Assembly (NCBI GenBank): GCA_002633005.1
Contig: NMRA01000410.1
Span: 337,977 to 401,976 of the forward strand
DNA length: 64,000 bases
Reading direction: 5' to 3'
Source of the DNA: Phoronis australis
Taxonomy: Eukaryota; Animalia; Phoronida
Made by a program: the position numbers and the translations under genes. Under the pieces are notes generated by a model. The model worked only from the letters and a program-made list of their open reading frames with translations, was not told where the DNA came from and did not search any database. Of this stretch, positions 62,293 to 64,000 are shown one piece after another. The stretch's first letter is position 1; each line of letters starts with the position of its first letter.

Positions 62293-62405
62293 GTGTGTGT
62301 GTTTGTGTGTGTGTGTCTGTGACTGTGTGTGTGAGTGCGCGCGTGTGTATGTGCGCGTGTGTGTGTATGTGCGCACGTGTGTGCGTGTTTTTGTACGTGT
62401 GTGCG
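62293..62405. repeat. Imperfect (TG/CG)n microsatellite
   Basis: Direct observation; explains the overlapping junk ORFs. Confidence 0.95.
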
Positions 62406-62760
62406 TGCTTGCTGTACTATTACTGTTTTCCACTTTTGCATGGGTCTTTGCGGCACTCACAATTTCCCATTCAATTATAAAAACAACAACAACAAACTAG
62501 AAAGATTATTGTCACGGCGTGACAATAATGGATTCTGAGCGTGCGTATTGAAGGAATTGTTATGGGAAGTTACTGACAGCAAACCGTTTACCAATATGAA
62601 AAGAAATTCTTTAAAATTGTAGGAGAAATTACATGTTAATATTTTGATGACCTTTCCACTAATTGAACTCTTCCGGTGCATTATGAACACCGATCAGGGA
62701 ATAATTGCAAAATCGATTTCAAGTGTGGTTAATGCTAAGAATCACAGATGTTTTACTTAA

Positions 62761-64000
62761 AAGGAGCATGCCACCCAAAAAATAACCTAATTTGTATCAA
62801 TTTAGATCGAGTAGTTCCATAACGACACGTACGGTTGCGTTACCTGACACCTGACGGCAGAGGGAGGTGTTGAAATTATCCAATGACGTCATCGGTTTCA
62901 CACGCAGTCTGTTCAGCAGTTCACAACACGGATAACTGGTGTCAGCTTATCAATTGAAGTCATCGTTTAACACCAATAAATCATCAAACTTCGATGCAAA
63001 ACACCGAGTTCTTATAAAAACGTGTTGTTTTATTTCGCTCTTACGGATTTATGGGTATTTGGACACACCGTAGCCTACAAAGTTCGGCAGGCCAATAAGG
63101 TCCGTAGCAGGAGTTTGGGGTCTGTTCGGAGATAATTTCGAAGTATTTTCCGTGAGATACAGACAAGAGAACCTAGATCTGTGTTGTTTAAGACTTGTGA
63201 TTTTTTTGAGTTCTGAACACAAAACGTTTGTTAACCGGCTGGCCAGTGGCTCGGAGCTCGATCAGGCCCGTCGCAGCCAGCCGGATTGACTCGTTATCCC
63301 GCGGTCAGTGGCTCGGAAACTGATCGGACATCACGAACATAAACCAGCCAATGTTCAGTGGAAACTAAACTTCCAGTAAAGAAAATACTATACTAATGAG
63401 CCAAAGTAATGTGCACGTGATTATGTTGTGAATTAGCCACGAAACTGCAAATCTACTAACTCGTCGGGGGCCGCGAATTTACTCGCGTTCCGCTTTGGCC
63501 ACAGCACCGTCAGGGCAGAAGTTGTACATTTACAATCATTATTTGAGTAATGTAAATGTAAATAAATATTCCCCTAACTGACCGTGGGATAGAAATCGAG
63601 GTGTTTCACGACAGTTTCTGCCAGCAAACACTAAATTAGCATGAGCTCACATGGCCTCGGTGTCCCGTCAATTCTGATCAGTGCACCAAAAGCCGGTAAC
63701 GCAGTACGTGATTTATTCATTGCTGGCTTCTCAAATCATTTCCACTCACGAACACTCCAAAGGCATTACAAATTGCATCTAATGAGACAGACTTTGTTTC
63801 AGTTTTATATAAGTATTGGTTAGGGTGAGAATAATTCATTTTGAGAACGCTCAGTAATAAACGCCAACATTGCAACTCGCAATCCCGACTTAGGACGAGC
63901 TAGAGCTCATACGTCCCGACTTCGCAGGTGGATCGTTAAGTTTTACAGGCTATCAATTTGAACAGGAATACAGAGATGAAGAAATACTAGAGAGGCACCG
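62761..64000 (+). mobile_element. Possible 5' part of a Kolobok-like element running off the window
   Basis: ttaa-aaggagcatgccaccc start, CpG-rich interior, GYQFEQEYRDEE at ~63947 resembling the PYxFEP motif of Kolobok accessory proteins; second end not visible. Confidence 0.3.

Overview
AT-rich animal genomic DNA (GT-AG introns, many DNA-transposon relics, isolated 'n' gaps; probably a marine invertebrate, but the species cannot be named). The main feature is a ~31-kb minus-strand gene (CDS 41441->10762) that I assembled by hand from splice sites with consistent phases. It encodes a TNF-receptor-superfamily death receptor: signal peptide, 4 OPG/DR6-like cysteine-rich domains, a TM helix and a C-terminal death domain. 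Between the TM helix and the death domain lie up to nine short symmetric (phase 1-1) exons produced by tandem duplication, several carrying TRAF-type [ST]x[QE]E / [QE]ExL motifs. The introns around the TM exon contain a Helentron/HINE-type repeat array with ~20 co-oriented CTCF-like motifs. Oriented away from the receptor is an exon of a KAP-family P-loop NTPase (NKPD1/Kidins220-like). It is followed by a TSD-flanked CR1/L2-group LINE with a 2A-like StopGo peptide and one nonsense codon. Also present: 6-bp-TSD MITEs, Harbinger-type MITEs, decayed THAP/SWIM transposon genes and mini/microsatellites. All calls are by eye, without alignments or RNA evidence.
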